This document shows positions 18,960 through 27,266 of a stretch of DNA of 64,000 nt, in pieces. Below the pieces are notes generated by a model that was given only the letters and a program-made list of their open reading frames with translations, made no database searches and was not told where the DNA came from. Positions within the stretch are counted from its first letter, which is position 1, and each line of letters begins with the position of its first letter. A program made the translations under genes and the position numbers. Source of the DNA: an uncultured Acidobacteriaceae bacterium (GTDB lineage: Bacteria > Acidobacteriota > Terriglobia > Terriglobales > Acidobacteriaceae); NCBI GenBank assembly GCA_963746205.1, contig CAVVAP010000006.1:52066-116065 (forward strand). The letters run 5' to 3'.

Positions 18960-19056
18960 TGGCGGAAGCGTGTGTGAGTCGAACACACCGGCAACATCGA
19001 AGATGCCGCCCGCCGGTTTTGAAGACCGGGACGATCACCGGACCGCATGCGCTTCC
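18960..19056 (-). tRNA. selC: tRNA-Sec (anticodon UCA)
   Basis: I folded the 97-nt sequence GGAAGCGCAT..CGCTTCCGCCA by hand. It has a 7-bp acceptor stem plus a C8/A86 mismatch, a 6-bp D-stem with 4-nt loop CGGT, an anticodon loop CTTCAAA, an 8-bp extra arm, a 5-bp T-stem with TTCGACT, discriminator G and an encoded CCA. Confidence 0.9.
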
Positions 19057-19095
19057 CCGGTCTCGCTCGTGCACTCGCACACCACGCTACACCAA

Positions 19096-19755
19096 CTACT
19101 TGGGCTGCGCCACCACCCGCAAATACGGTTTCAGCGTCTTAAAGCCCGCCGGATACTTCTGCTTCGCCTGCTCGTCCGAAACCGAGGTGGGGATGATCAC
19201 GTCGTCCCCCGGCTTCCAGTTGGCGGGGGTCGCCACGCTGTGCCTGGCGTTCAACTGGATGGAATCGAGAGCGCGCAGCACTTCGTCGAAATTGCGCCCG
19301 CTGCTCATGGGATAGATCAGCATCAGTTTGATCTTCTTGTCCGGGCCGATGACAAATACCGTGCGCACGGTGGCATTGTCGGCGGCGGTGCGGCCCTCGC
19401 TCGTCGCGCCCGACTCGGCGGGGAGCATGTCGTAGAGTTTGGCGATCTTCAGTTCGGGATCGCCGATCATGGGATAGGTCACCTTGTGACCCTGCGTCTC
19501 TTCGATGTCGGCGGCCCACTTGCCATGGCTCGATACCGGATCGACGCTGAGGCCAATGATCTTCGTGTTGCGTTTGGCAAACTCCGGTTGCAGACCCGCC
19601 ATGTAACCCAGTTCCGTGGTGCAGACGGGGGTGAAGTCCTTGGGGTGCGAAAACAGGATGGCCCAGCCGTCGCCGATCCATTTGTGAAAGTCGATGGGGC
19701 CCTGGGTTGTGTCCGCGGTGAAGTTGGGGGCTTCCGAGTTGATGCGTAGAGACAT
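19096..19755 (-). CDS. 1-Cys peroxiredoxin (Prx6 type)
   Basis: MSLRINSEAPNFTADTTQGPIDFHKWIGDGWAILFSHPKDFTPVCTTE is the canonical 1-Cys Prx N-terminus. Confidence 0.92.
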   Translation of the reverse strand: MSLRINSEAPNFTADTTQGPIDFHKWIGDGWAILFSHPKDFTPVCTTELGYMAGLQPEFAKRNTKIIGLSVDPVSSHGKWAADIEETQGHKVTYPMIGDPELKIAKLYDMLPAESGATSEGRTAADNATVRTVFVIGPDKKIKLMLIYPMSSGRNFDEVLRALDSIQLNARHSVATPANWKPGDDVIIPTSVSDEQAKQKYPAGFKTLKPYLRVVAQPK

Positions 19756-19797
19756 GTTCGAAACCTCGCGTCGATTTCTGATCGATGTATTTAAATT

Positions 19798-19812
19798 CTA
19801 CTAATTTAGTAG
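19798..19812. promoter_or_regulatory. Perfect 7-1-7 palindrome CTACTAA-T-TTAGTAG in a divergent promoter region
   Basis: It lies in the AT-rich gap between the peroxiredoxin start (19755, minus) and the PhzF-like start (19987, plus). It is flanked by ATTCTA/TAGAAT words. This is a candidate operator only. Confidence 0.3.
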
Positions 19813-19986
19813 GGAATAGAATAGCCAGAGGGCGGCAAGCGCGTCAACCCCACGCAAGTCAGTTGGAAGCCGCCCATGCCTGGGAGTCATAAGCAGCGCA
19901 CAAACCGTCGCACTATGCGCACGATGCGTCGCGGCGCAACGGATTTCGAGTTGCCGGGCAAAATCGCCGCCCGTACTATTTCATCC

Positions 19987-20913
19987 ATGCCCGGCTCCCT
20001 CCGAAAGCTCTCTCTGGTGCAGGTGGATGTGTTTACCGACCGCGTTCTCGCGGGCAACTCGCTGGCTGTATTTCTCGATGGCCGCGGCCTCAGCACCGAG
20101 ACCATGCAGGCTCTGGCGCGCGAAATGAACCTGTCGGAGACGACTTTTATACTGCCCCAGGATGATCCCCTCAACCGCAATCCCGGCGCGGAAAAAACTC
20201 GCGCGGTTCGGGTGCGCATCTTTACCGTGGTGGAGGAGTTGCCCTTCGCCGGACATCCCACGCTCGGCACCGCCTTCGTTCTGCGCGGCCAGACCGGAGC
20301 GGACGAAATCCTGCTGGATTTGAACGTGGGGCCGGTGCCGGTGCGCTTTCGCGAGGAAGCCGGCCAACCCACGTTTGGAGAAATGACCCAGAAAAATCCT
20401 CAGTTCGGCGCCATCCACAAGGTGGACGCGGTCGCGCCGCTCACCAACCTGAGCGCGACGGATTTCGATGTCTCCTTCCCCATCCAGACGGTCTCTACCG
20501 GCGTGCCTTTTACCGTGGTCGCGCTGCGATCGCTGAACGCGATCGCGAGATTGCGGGTCGATTTTGACGCCGCCGCCGAATATCTGGCGCGCAGCGGGGG
20601 AAAATTCTTTTACTTCGTGTGCCGCGAGACGGTCGATCCCAGGGCGCGCCTGCACGCCCGCATGCCCTTTTATGGCGGGGACGATCCGGCCACCGGATCG
20701 GCCGCAGGATGCTGCGCCGCCTGGATGGTGGCGCATAACGTGGCCGCCAGCGAGGAGCAGGTTTTAATCGAGCAGGGGCTGGAGGCCCACCGTCCCAGCC
20801 GCATTTTCGTGCGCGCCACCAAGCAGGATAACCAGGTGGTCAATGTGCGCGTCGGTGGAAATTGTGTCGAAGTTCTCCGCGGCGAGGTCAGCATCCCGTT
20901 GGCGGTCGAGTGA
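19987..20913 (+). CDS. PhzF-family isomerase-like protein
   Basis: ATG at 19987. LSLVQVDVFTDRVLAGNSLAVFLDG...LAREMNLSETTFIL is the typical PhzF-family N-terminus. Confidence 0.85.
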   Translation: MPGSLRKLSLVQVDVFTDRVLAGNSLAVFLDGRGLSTETMQALAREMNLSETTFILPQDDPLNRNPGAEKTRAVRVRIFTVVEELPFAGHPTLGTAFVLRGQTGADEILLDLNVGPVPVRFREEAGQPTFGEMTQKNPQFGAIHKVDAVAPLTNLSATDFDVSFPIQTVSTGVPFTVVALRSLNAIARLRVDFDAAAEYLARSGGKFFYFVCRETVDPRARLHARMPFYGGDDPATGSAAGCCAAWMVAHNVAASEEQVLIEQGLEAHRPSRIFVRATKQDNQVVNVRVGGNCVEVLRGEVSIPLAVE

Positions 20914-21095
20914 AACGCTGCCCTGGTCGCGGCTCTCGGAACCATTGCCCCAGCGGGCCATCCACCACTGTGCCATTGGCGAGCGCGCTACTTTACCGGA
21001 GCGGCGATTGTGTTTAGCATTCACCTCGCTCCGATTCGAAGGAAAAGAAATCAGGTTTGCCCATTCCGAATATTTTTGTGACGGCGTTTTTCAGG

Positions 21096-21121
21096 TCAGG
21101 TCTTTTCAGCTCACGTCTTTT
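21096..21121 (+). repeat. Two 11-nt direct repeats TCAGGTCTTTT / TCACGTCTTTT spaced 15 bp apart, just upstream of the response-regulator ATG
   Basis: The repeats are at 21096-21106 and 21111-21121, with a third partial TCACGG at 21126-21131. The start codon is at 21134. Confidence 0.3.
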
Positions 21122-21133
21122 AAGGTCACGGCA

Positions 21134-21553
21134 ATGAAGCCCAAGAAAACAATCCTTTGCGTGGACGATAACGAGCAGTCGCTTTCCATCCGCAAAATTC
21201 TGCTGGAAACCCGCGGCTACCGCGTGCTCGCTTTCAACAACGGGGAACAGGCGCTCGAAGCCTTCCGGCGCGGCGGCGTCGACCTCGTGCTCACCGACCT
21301 GATCATGCCCGGCGTGGACGGCTCGCGGCTGATCGAGGAAATCAAGCGACTCTCTCCGCAAACGCCGGCGGTGTTGATCTCGGCGCGAACCAAGATCTAC
21401 GAGCGCGAGACCCTGGCCGATCTCTTTTTGCCCAAGGGATCCTACGAGCCGGCGGAACTGCTGGAGCGCATTCGCCTGTTGCTGGTGCGCAAGCGCGGCC
21501 CGAAAAGGCCGATCGCGATGCCAGCCCGCGTGGAGCACGCCACCGTGGCCTGA
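21134..21553 (+). CDS. Single-domain response regulator (receiver only)
   Basis: MKPKKTILCVDDNEQS...DLVLTDLIMPGVDG...ISA is the CheY-like receiver pattern. There is no output domain. Confidence 0.85.
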   Translation: MKPKKTILCVDDNEQSLSIRKILLETRGYRVLAFNNGEQALEAFRRGGVDLVLTDLIMPGVDGSRLIEEIKRLSPQTPAVLISARTKIYERETLADLFLPKGSYEPAELLERIRLLLVRKRGPKRPIAMPARVEHATVA

Positions 21554-21610
21554 CTCCAGCCGGAAACCTGCCGCCCCCCGTCCTCCCGGCTATGATATGG
21601 TTTTCAACGG

Positions 21611-22336
21611 ATGGCGGCTTTCATTGAAGCGAAGGATCTTCGCAAGACGTTCCGCGTGGGCAAGGTCGACGTGCCCGCCCTGCGCGGAATTTCCTTCAGC
21701 GTGCAAAAGGGCGAGTTCGTCACCGTAGTCGGTCCTTCGGGAAGCGGTAAATCCACGCTCTTTTATCTGCTGGGCGGGCTGACGCGGGCCGATTCCGGCA
21801 GCGTCACCATTGACGGCGTCGATTTCGCCACCCTCTCCGACGGCGAGCGTACGCGACTGCGCAAGAGAAAAATCGGATTCGTCTTCCAAAAATTTAATCT
21901 TCTGCCCACGCTCTCCGCCCGCTCGAACATCGAGATCGCGGCGGACATCGCGGGCCAGGGCGCGCCCGACCCGGCTTTCCTGGGAACGATCACCGAGATG
22001 CTCGGCATTGCGCAGCGACTGGAACATCGGCCGAATGAGCTTTCCGGCGGGGAGCAGCAGCGCGTGGCGCTGGCGCGCGCGCTCATCAATCGCCCGGCCA
22101 TCGTGCTGGCGGACGAACCGACCGGCAATCTGGATTCGAAAAGTTCGGGGATCGTGCTCAACATGCTGCGCAAGTCGAACAAGGATCTGGGCCAGACCGT
22201 GCTTATGATCACCCATAACCCCGAGGCAGCGGAGTATGGCGACCGCATCGTGCACATGCGCGACGGCCAAATCGTGTCGCCCGAGGACGATCCGCAGTGG
22301 GCGCCGCACCATCCCGCGGCTGGCTTGCGGCCGTAA
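21611..22336 (+). CDS. ABC transporter ATP-binding protein (MacB/LolD-like subfamily)
   Basis: It has Walker A GPSGSGKST, signature LSGGEQQRVALARAL and Walker B IVLADEPTGNLD. No adjacent permease gene is present. Confidence 0.9.
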   Translation: MAAFIEAKDLRKTFRVGKVDVPALRGISFSVQKGEFVTVVGPSGSGKSTLFYLLGGLTRADSGSVTIDGVDFATLSDGERTRLRKRKIGFVFQKFNLLPTLSARSNIEIAADIAGQGAPDPAFLGTITEMLGIAQRLEHRPNELSGGEQQRVALARALINRPAIVLADEPTGNLDSKSSGIVLNMLRKSNKDLGQTVLMITHNPEAAEYGDRIVHMRDGQIVSPEDDPQWAPHHPAAGLRP

Positions 22337-22460
22337 CGCGGGAAAAATGGCAATTGCCGCGGCAGCCGCCGGCGAGACGCTATTGGCTAAGTTGGGCGAA
22401 TGCCGGCCCCTAAACGGGAATTGGCAGCGAGCGGGCAAGTGCTGTAAAATGAGTACGCGA

Positions 22461-22535
22461 GCGGGAGTAACTCAGCGGTAGAGTGCGACCTTGCCAAGGT
22501 CGAAGTCGCGGGTTCAATCCCCGTCTCCCGCTCCA
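22461..22535 (+). tRNA. tRNA-Gly (GCC)
   Basis: Cloverleaf folded by hand: acceptor GCGGGAG/CTCCCGC, anticodon arm CGACC-TTGCCAA-GGTCG, T-loop GGTTCAATCC and an encoded CCA. Confidence 0.95.
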
Positions 22536-22600
22536 GATTCTTCGACGCCCCGCCCCCCGCGAGGGCTTTTCGTCAGGACATACTGGTCAGGACGTTTTCG

Positions 22601-22674
22601 GGCGCGGTAGCCAAGTGGTAAGGCCGAGGTCTGCAAAACCTCTATCGTGAGTTCGATTCTCACCCGCGCCTCCA
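22601..22674 (+). tRNA. tRNA-Cys (GCA)
   Basis: Acceptor GGCGCGG/CCGCGCC, anticodon arm GAGGT-CTGCAAA-ACCTC, T-loop GTTCGATTC and an encoded CCA. Confidence 0.95.
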
Positions 22675-22985
22675 ACCCCTCGATGGATTTGCCAACCCCC
22701 AGAGTTGCCGTGACTTGTGCGACTTCGACCTATTCAGGTCGTCAGGTGCGCAAGCGATGCGCGCGACCGTGCGAGTGCTCATTGGCTCGAACCAGTCGAT
22801 TGTACGGCGCCATCTGGTGCGCTTGCCGACCATCCTTAAGTATCGCCAGGTTTTGCCGACGCGTGTCTCCCACGGCCTGGGTACGGGCCCATAAGTTAAC
22901 CGCAAAAGAAAAAGTCCCACCCGCCCGCACCAACTATAGTGCGGACAGATGGGACCGTGCTTTGGAATCCTGTAAAAGACCGCCC

Positions 22986-24491
22986 TTACACCCGGGCACA
23001 CACCGCCTTGGTCTGAGTGTAGAGCGACAGGACGTCTTTGCCCATTTCGCGTCCCCAGCCGGATTGTTTGTAGCCGCCGAAGGGCAGGGCGGCGTCGAAG
23101 ATGTTGTAGCAGTTAATCCAGACTGTGCCCGCCCGCAGCAGGGCCGCGGTGCGGTGCGCCTTGGAAAGATCCCTGGTCCAGATGCCGGCGGCCAGACCGT
23201 ACACGCTGTTGTTGGCGCGGGGCGTCAGTTCTTCGGGATCGTCGAACGGAGTCGCCGCCACTACCGGGCCGAAGATTTCCTCCTGCACCACGCGCATATC
23301 GTCTTTGGTATTGATTAGCACGGTGGGCTCGACGAAATATCCCTTGCCGCCGAGTTTCTTACCTCCGGTCACGGCGGTTGCGCCCTCTCTCATGCCCAGT
23401 TCGAGATAGTTGCACACCCGCTGCAACTGCTCCTCGGAGACGAGCGGCCCCATCGACGTCTTCGGCTCCAGACCGGAGCCGACGTTGATCTTCTTCGCTT
23501 TGGCGGCCACGCCTTCGACCACGCGATCAAACACGGGCCGCTCCACAAACAGGCGCGAACCGGCGCAGCAGCATTGCCCCTGGTTAAAGAAAATAGCGCT
23601 GGCGGAGTCGGCGATGGCTGCGTCCAGATCGGCATCCTTGAACACCACATTCGGAGACTTGCCGCCGAGTTCGAGCGACACTTTTTTCAGATTGCCGGTC
23701 GCGGCGTGGACAATCAACTTGCCCACTTCGGTCGATCCCGTGAACGCAATCTTATCGACCAGATCGTGCGCCGCCAGCGCCGCGCCCGCCGTCTCACCAT
23801 AGCCCGGGACAATGTTGACCACGCCCGCCGGGAAGCCGGCTTCCATGATCAACTCGCCCAGCCGCAGCGCCGAAAGCGGAGTCTGCTCCGCCGGCTTCAG
23901 GACGACCGTGCAACCGCAAGCCAGCGCCGGCGCCAGCTTCCAGGCCGCCATCAGCAGCGGGAAGTTCCAGGGGATGATCTGCCCGACAACTCCCACCGGT
24001 TCGCGCAGCGTGTAAGCGTGATAGTTCGCGCCCGGCGTGTACGGCACGGAGAGAGGAATGGTTGTGCCTTCGAGTTTCGTCGCCCATCCCGCCATGTAGC
24101 GGAAGATTTCCACGGCCAGGGGAACGTCGGCAGCCCGCGCCACAGTCAGCGGCTTGCCATTATCCAGGGTTTCGAGAGTGGCGAATTCCTCGAGGTGCTC
24201 TTCCAGCAGGTCGGCCAGTTTCCACACCAGCTTGCCGCGTTCCGAGGCGGTCATCCGCGACCAGGGACCGCTGTCGAAGGCCTGGCGCGCGGCTTTGACG
24301 GCGGCGTCAATATCCGCCCGATCGCCTTCCGCAATCTGTGCCAAAACTTCGCCGGTAGCGGGATTGTAAGTGGGGAACGTCTTGCCCGAAGCGGCATTCA
24401 CCCATTGACCGCCGATGAGCATTTTGCGCGGCCGCGCAATGAAGTCGCTGGCGTTCGAATCAATCTGAATTGGAGAGACTGCGATTCCCAT
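22986..24491 (-). CDS. NAD(P)-dependent aldehyde dehydrogenase
   Basis: ALDH-family motifs FTGSTEVGK, LELGGKSP and FFNQGQCCCAGSR (catalytic Cys) are present. The length is 501 aa. Confidence 0.92.
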   Translation of the reverse strand: MGIAVSPIQIDSNASDFIARPRKMLIGGQWVNAASGKTFPTYNPATGEVLAQIAEGDRADIDAAVKAARQAFDSGPWSRMTASERGKLVWKLADLLEEHLEEFATLETLDNGKPLTVARAADVPLAVEIFRYMAGWATKLEGTTIPLSVPYTPGANYHAYTLREPVGVVGQIIPWNFPLLMAAWKLAPALACGCTVVLKPAEQTPLSALRLGELIMEAGFPAGVVNIVPGYGETAGAALAAHDLVDKIAFTGSTEVGKLIVHAATGNLKKVSLELGGKSPNVVFKDADLDAAIADSASAIFFNQGQCCCAGSRLFVERPVFDRVVEGVAAKAKKINVGSGLEPKTSMGPLVSEEQLQRVCNYLELGMREGATAVTGGKKLGGKGYFVEPTVLINTKDDMRVVQEEIFGPVVAATPFDDPEELTPRANNSVYGLAAGIWTRDLSKAHRTAALLRAGTVWINCYNIFDAALPFGGYKQSGWGREMGKDVLSLYTQTKAVCARV

Positions 24492-24624
24492 AGATCCTCC
24501 TGAGACGGGGCGGAGTGAAAGAATTGGTTGAGCCGACGAGGGCCCGGGAAAATACTAGTCCCGCAGGACGAGGAAGGCAAACGCAGAGAAAAAGAGCGTG
24601 AGATGCAGCGAAGAATAGCGGCGA

Positions 24625-25656
24625 CTACTTAATCTCTTTCATCGGCAGGAGCGTACCGTAGTCGCGCCCGGAAGGCTCCACTGCCCGCGCCACCACGCCG
24701 GCAAAGGCCTGGCGAAGTTCGGGAAATTTCGCCACCAGGGCTTTGATCACCGCCGTATTCTCCTGGAACGAGCGCGCCGTATCCGAGACATCGGCCGCCT
24801 GATACTTTACGACCAGGTCGAGATCGTCGCCCACCGCCAGCGGGAAGATTTCCGTCAAGTGATACACTTTGCCGCCCGCGCTCAGGTCCGCCGTGTTGCC
24901 ATTGACCGGCAGATCCGGCGGCTGCGTACTCTGGCTTTCTTCGTAGAGCTTGTCGCTGGCCAGCGTGCTCATGAAGTCGACCGGCGCGGCGAGCGCAATC
25001 GCATCGCGGTAATAAAGCCAGGCGTTGCGATTCTGCCCTTTCGCCTTGAAGTCACGAGCGCGTTGCGAGAACCACGCGGCATCGTGGCCCGCCGATTCCG
25101 CGGACCGGGCGTAAAATCCCGCCAGCTTCCACTCGCCGCCCGACTGCTGGAGGATAAAAGTCAGAGTGCGGGCGCCCTTCGCGCCGTTTACGTCCACGAT
25201 GGCGACGCCGTACTTCCCCGGCGGCAGATTGTTCAGGACAAACACCGCACTATCCCGGGTCTGCCCGGTGCGTCCGAACACGCCGCACAGGAACTCGGCG
25301 CGGGGCAGCGCCTCCACCCCGTCGGCGGTCAACAGGAAGGGTGGACGAATCGTGCTTTTTGCGGCGGCAAAGGCGGGCTGGTTTTCCTTGACGGCATCGT
25401 CGACGGCGGAAAAGTTTCCGGCGAGCGCGGCAATGGAATTTTGCTTGAGGCCGGCAACGTCACCATGCGCCGACATTTCGAAATAGCGCGTGGCAGCAGC
25501 TTCGATCGCGCTTCGTACGGGGGCTTCCATATCCGCCGCACTCTGGCAATTTTGCCCGATGGCGGAAGCCGACAGCGACAACCAAATCAGCGCGATGCAA
25601 AGCGCGATAAAAAACGTCGGGTGGTTTCGTGCATGGGGTTGCCGAGCGACGCCCAA
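24625..25656 (-). CDS. Hypothetical secreted protein
   Basis: A long ORF with an N-terminal signal/anchor FFIALCIALIWLSLSASAIGQ. I recognise no family. Confidence 0.6.
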   Translation of the reverse strand: MGVARQPHARNHPTFFIALCIALIWLSLSASAIGQNCQSAADMEAPVRSAIEAAATRYFEMSAHGDVAGLKQNSIAALAGNFSAVDDAVKENQPAFAAAKSTIRPPFLLTADGVEALPRAEFLCGVFGRTGQTRDSAVFVLNNLPPGKYGVAIVDVNGAKGARTLTFILQQSGGEWKLAGFYARSAESAGHDAAWFSQRARDFKAKGQNRNAWLYYRDAIALAAPVDFMSTLASDKLYEESQSTQPPDLPVNGNTADLSAGGKVYHLTEIFPLAVGDDLDLVVKYQAADVSDTARSFQENTAVIKALVAKFPELRQAFAGVVARAVEPSGRDYGTLLPMKEIK

Positions 25657-25894
25657 GGATGGCCTCCGCTGGCATTTTACGCGCAGTCAGCCCGGCAGCG
25701 CTGGAATTAGTGCCAGCGCTATGTAGCGTTTTCAGGGGCAGCATCGGGAAGGTTACTAAATCCTCCGGGGTGATGAAACTTTCGTAATCTATACGCAAAC
25801 CGACCGCTGCCCGTGCGTTCTAAGGGAATGGTAAACTTAGATATCGCAACAGTGACTTCGGGTCGAGAGCCCGCTGGCGAAAAGGCCGTTTTCG

Positions 25895-26836
25895 ATGCTG
25901 TTTAGCAACAGGCTGCTGGGAAAAAGGTTGGGCAACAGGTTGAGAAGCAGATGGCTCGCTTTCGGGCTGGTTTTGCTGGCTCCGGCGCTGCACGCGCAGA
26001 CTTCAGCCCCGCCCGCAGCCGCGCCCGGCGCCACCCCATCGACCGCGTCCCCGTCGACCCACCATCGTTCTCATAAACCGCCGCCGCCACCCCCTCCACT
26101 TGTACTGCCTCCGCTTCCTAGCGGGCCGCTGAGTCAATTGCCGATGGACCAGATTCCGGCGACTCCGGCAAAAGTCAGCTTCCAGGGCGGTTTACTGACC
26201 ATCTCTTCGCAAAATTCTACTTTAGGCGAAATCCTGCGCGACGTGCGCAAACTAACGGGCGCGTCGATTGAAATCCCGCCCGGCTCCAAAGGCACCAGCG
26301 AGCGAGTGGTTGCCCACCTCGGTCCGGGAACGCCACGCGACGTTTTGGTCGGACTGCTCAATGGTTGTTCGTTCAATTACGTCATGGTCGGTTCCAATGT
26401 GGACCCCGCCGCCGTGGCCAGTGTGATTCTCACCGCCAAGGATGGCGCGGGCGCTCCCCAGTCGGGGTCGGCACCCAACCCGTATCAGGGTGGTCCGGTC
26501 GGGATGGCTGCGAATCGTTATCCGGCGCCTCATCCCTTCAATCCGCAAGCCGTGCAGCCGGGAAATGGCGTGGCTGAGCCCGCCGAAGCGGAAGAAAATA
26601 AGGAACAAGAAGAAGAGCCGGAAGCCGCCGAGGAACCACCCGACGACCAGTCACAGCCGGTTGCGCCTGACCCCACCACCGCAAACGCAGGCGATCAGCC
26701 GCAAGCCGATCCAAATCAGCCGAACGCAGGACCGAAGACTCCGGAACAAATATTGGAAATGCTGCGCCGGCCGCAGCCGCCCGGCGGAATTCCGAGCCCT
26801 GCGCAGCAAGCGCCGCAACCCCAGCCCGAGGACTAG
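25895..26836 (+). CDS. Hypothetical secreted protein with proline-rich N- and C-terminal regions
   Basis: The signal peptide is ..WLAFGLVLLAPALHAQ. A folded central segment (VSFQGGLLTISSQNSTLGEILRDVRKLTG..) is flanked by P/A/Q-rich low-complexity regions. Confidence 0.6.
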   Translation: MLFSNRLLGKRLGNRLRSRWLAFGLVLLAPALHAQTSAPPAAAPGATPSTASPSTHHRSHKPPPPPPPLVLPPLPSGPLSQLPMDQIPATPAKVSFQGGLLTISSQNSTLGEILRDVRKLTGASIEIPPGSKGTSERVVAHLGPGTPRDVLVGLLNGCSFNYVMVGSNVDPAAVASVILTAKDGAGAPQSGSAPNPYQGGPVGMAANRYPAPHPFNPQAVQPGNGVAEPAEAEENKEQEEEPEAAEEPPDDQSQPVAPDPTTANAGDQPQADPNQPNAGPKTPEQILEMLRRPQPPGGIPSPAQQAPQPQPED

Positions 26837-26907
26837 ACAACCACAACCTGTTTGTGGGACACACAGACGCCGCAATGCCGGCGCTGCGGCTTGCGTGCGG
26901 CAGGCTG

Positions 26908-27084
26908 CTAGTCGCCGCTGCTCGGGCTCTGGTTCGGCACCAACGCCGCCAGTAAGTTGGAGGGTTGCGCCGGGTTGAGGAGGGTCAGCACGACACTGAC
27001 CACGCAATAGGCGCCGAAAATACCCAAAACTACGCTTAGAATTGCACTGCTGGTGAGCAGGAAACCAACCAAAAATTCGTTCAA
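26908..27084 (-). CDS. Candidate 58-aa membrane peptide (below the ORF-track cutoff)
   Basis: My own translation gives (TTG)MNEFLVGFLLTSSAILSVVLGIFGAYCVVSVVLTLLNPAQPSNLLAALVPNQSPSSGD, followed by TAG. The start is TTG with a weak RBS, so this is speculative. Confidence 0.25.
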   Translation of the reverse strand: MNEFLVGFLLTSSAILSVVLGIFGAYCVVSVVLTLLNPAQPSNLLAALVPNQSPSSGD

Positions 27085-27266
27085 GGGAAAAGGCCTTTAC
27101 CGGCAGCCACGCTACCCAGCGCGGGACTGCAAAAGAATGAGTGTATCCGCATTTGACCCCCGTGGCTGTTAACAAATAAGATACGGGAATCGGACTGCGT
27201 ATCTCCACTCTCCAACATTTCTCCGGACCCGTCCACGTTACGGAAGTCCACAAAGTAATGAGTTAA

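Noticed and set aside
18480-18960. An integrase or excisionase remnant between the efflux operon and selC, to support mobility of the cassette.
   Set aside because: None of the six frames shows tyrosine or serine recombinase-like sequence. The only ORF (18515..18862) is a featureless 115-codon reading frame. Mobility is therefore not claimed, only the repeat scar.
21611-22336. The orphan ABC ATPase, and the orphan binding protein at 9737..11365, as parts of a novel transporter.
   Set aside because: Isolated ABC components are common, and their partners are usually encoded elsewhere. Nothing in the neighbourhood links them.
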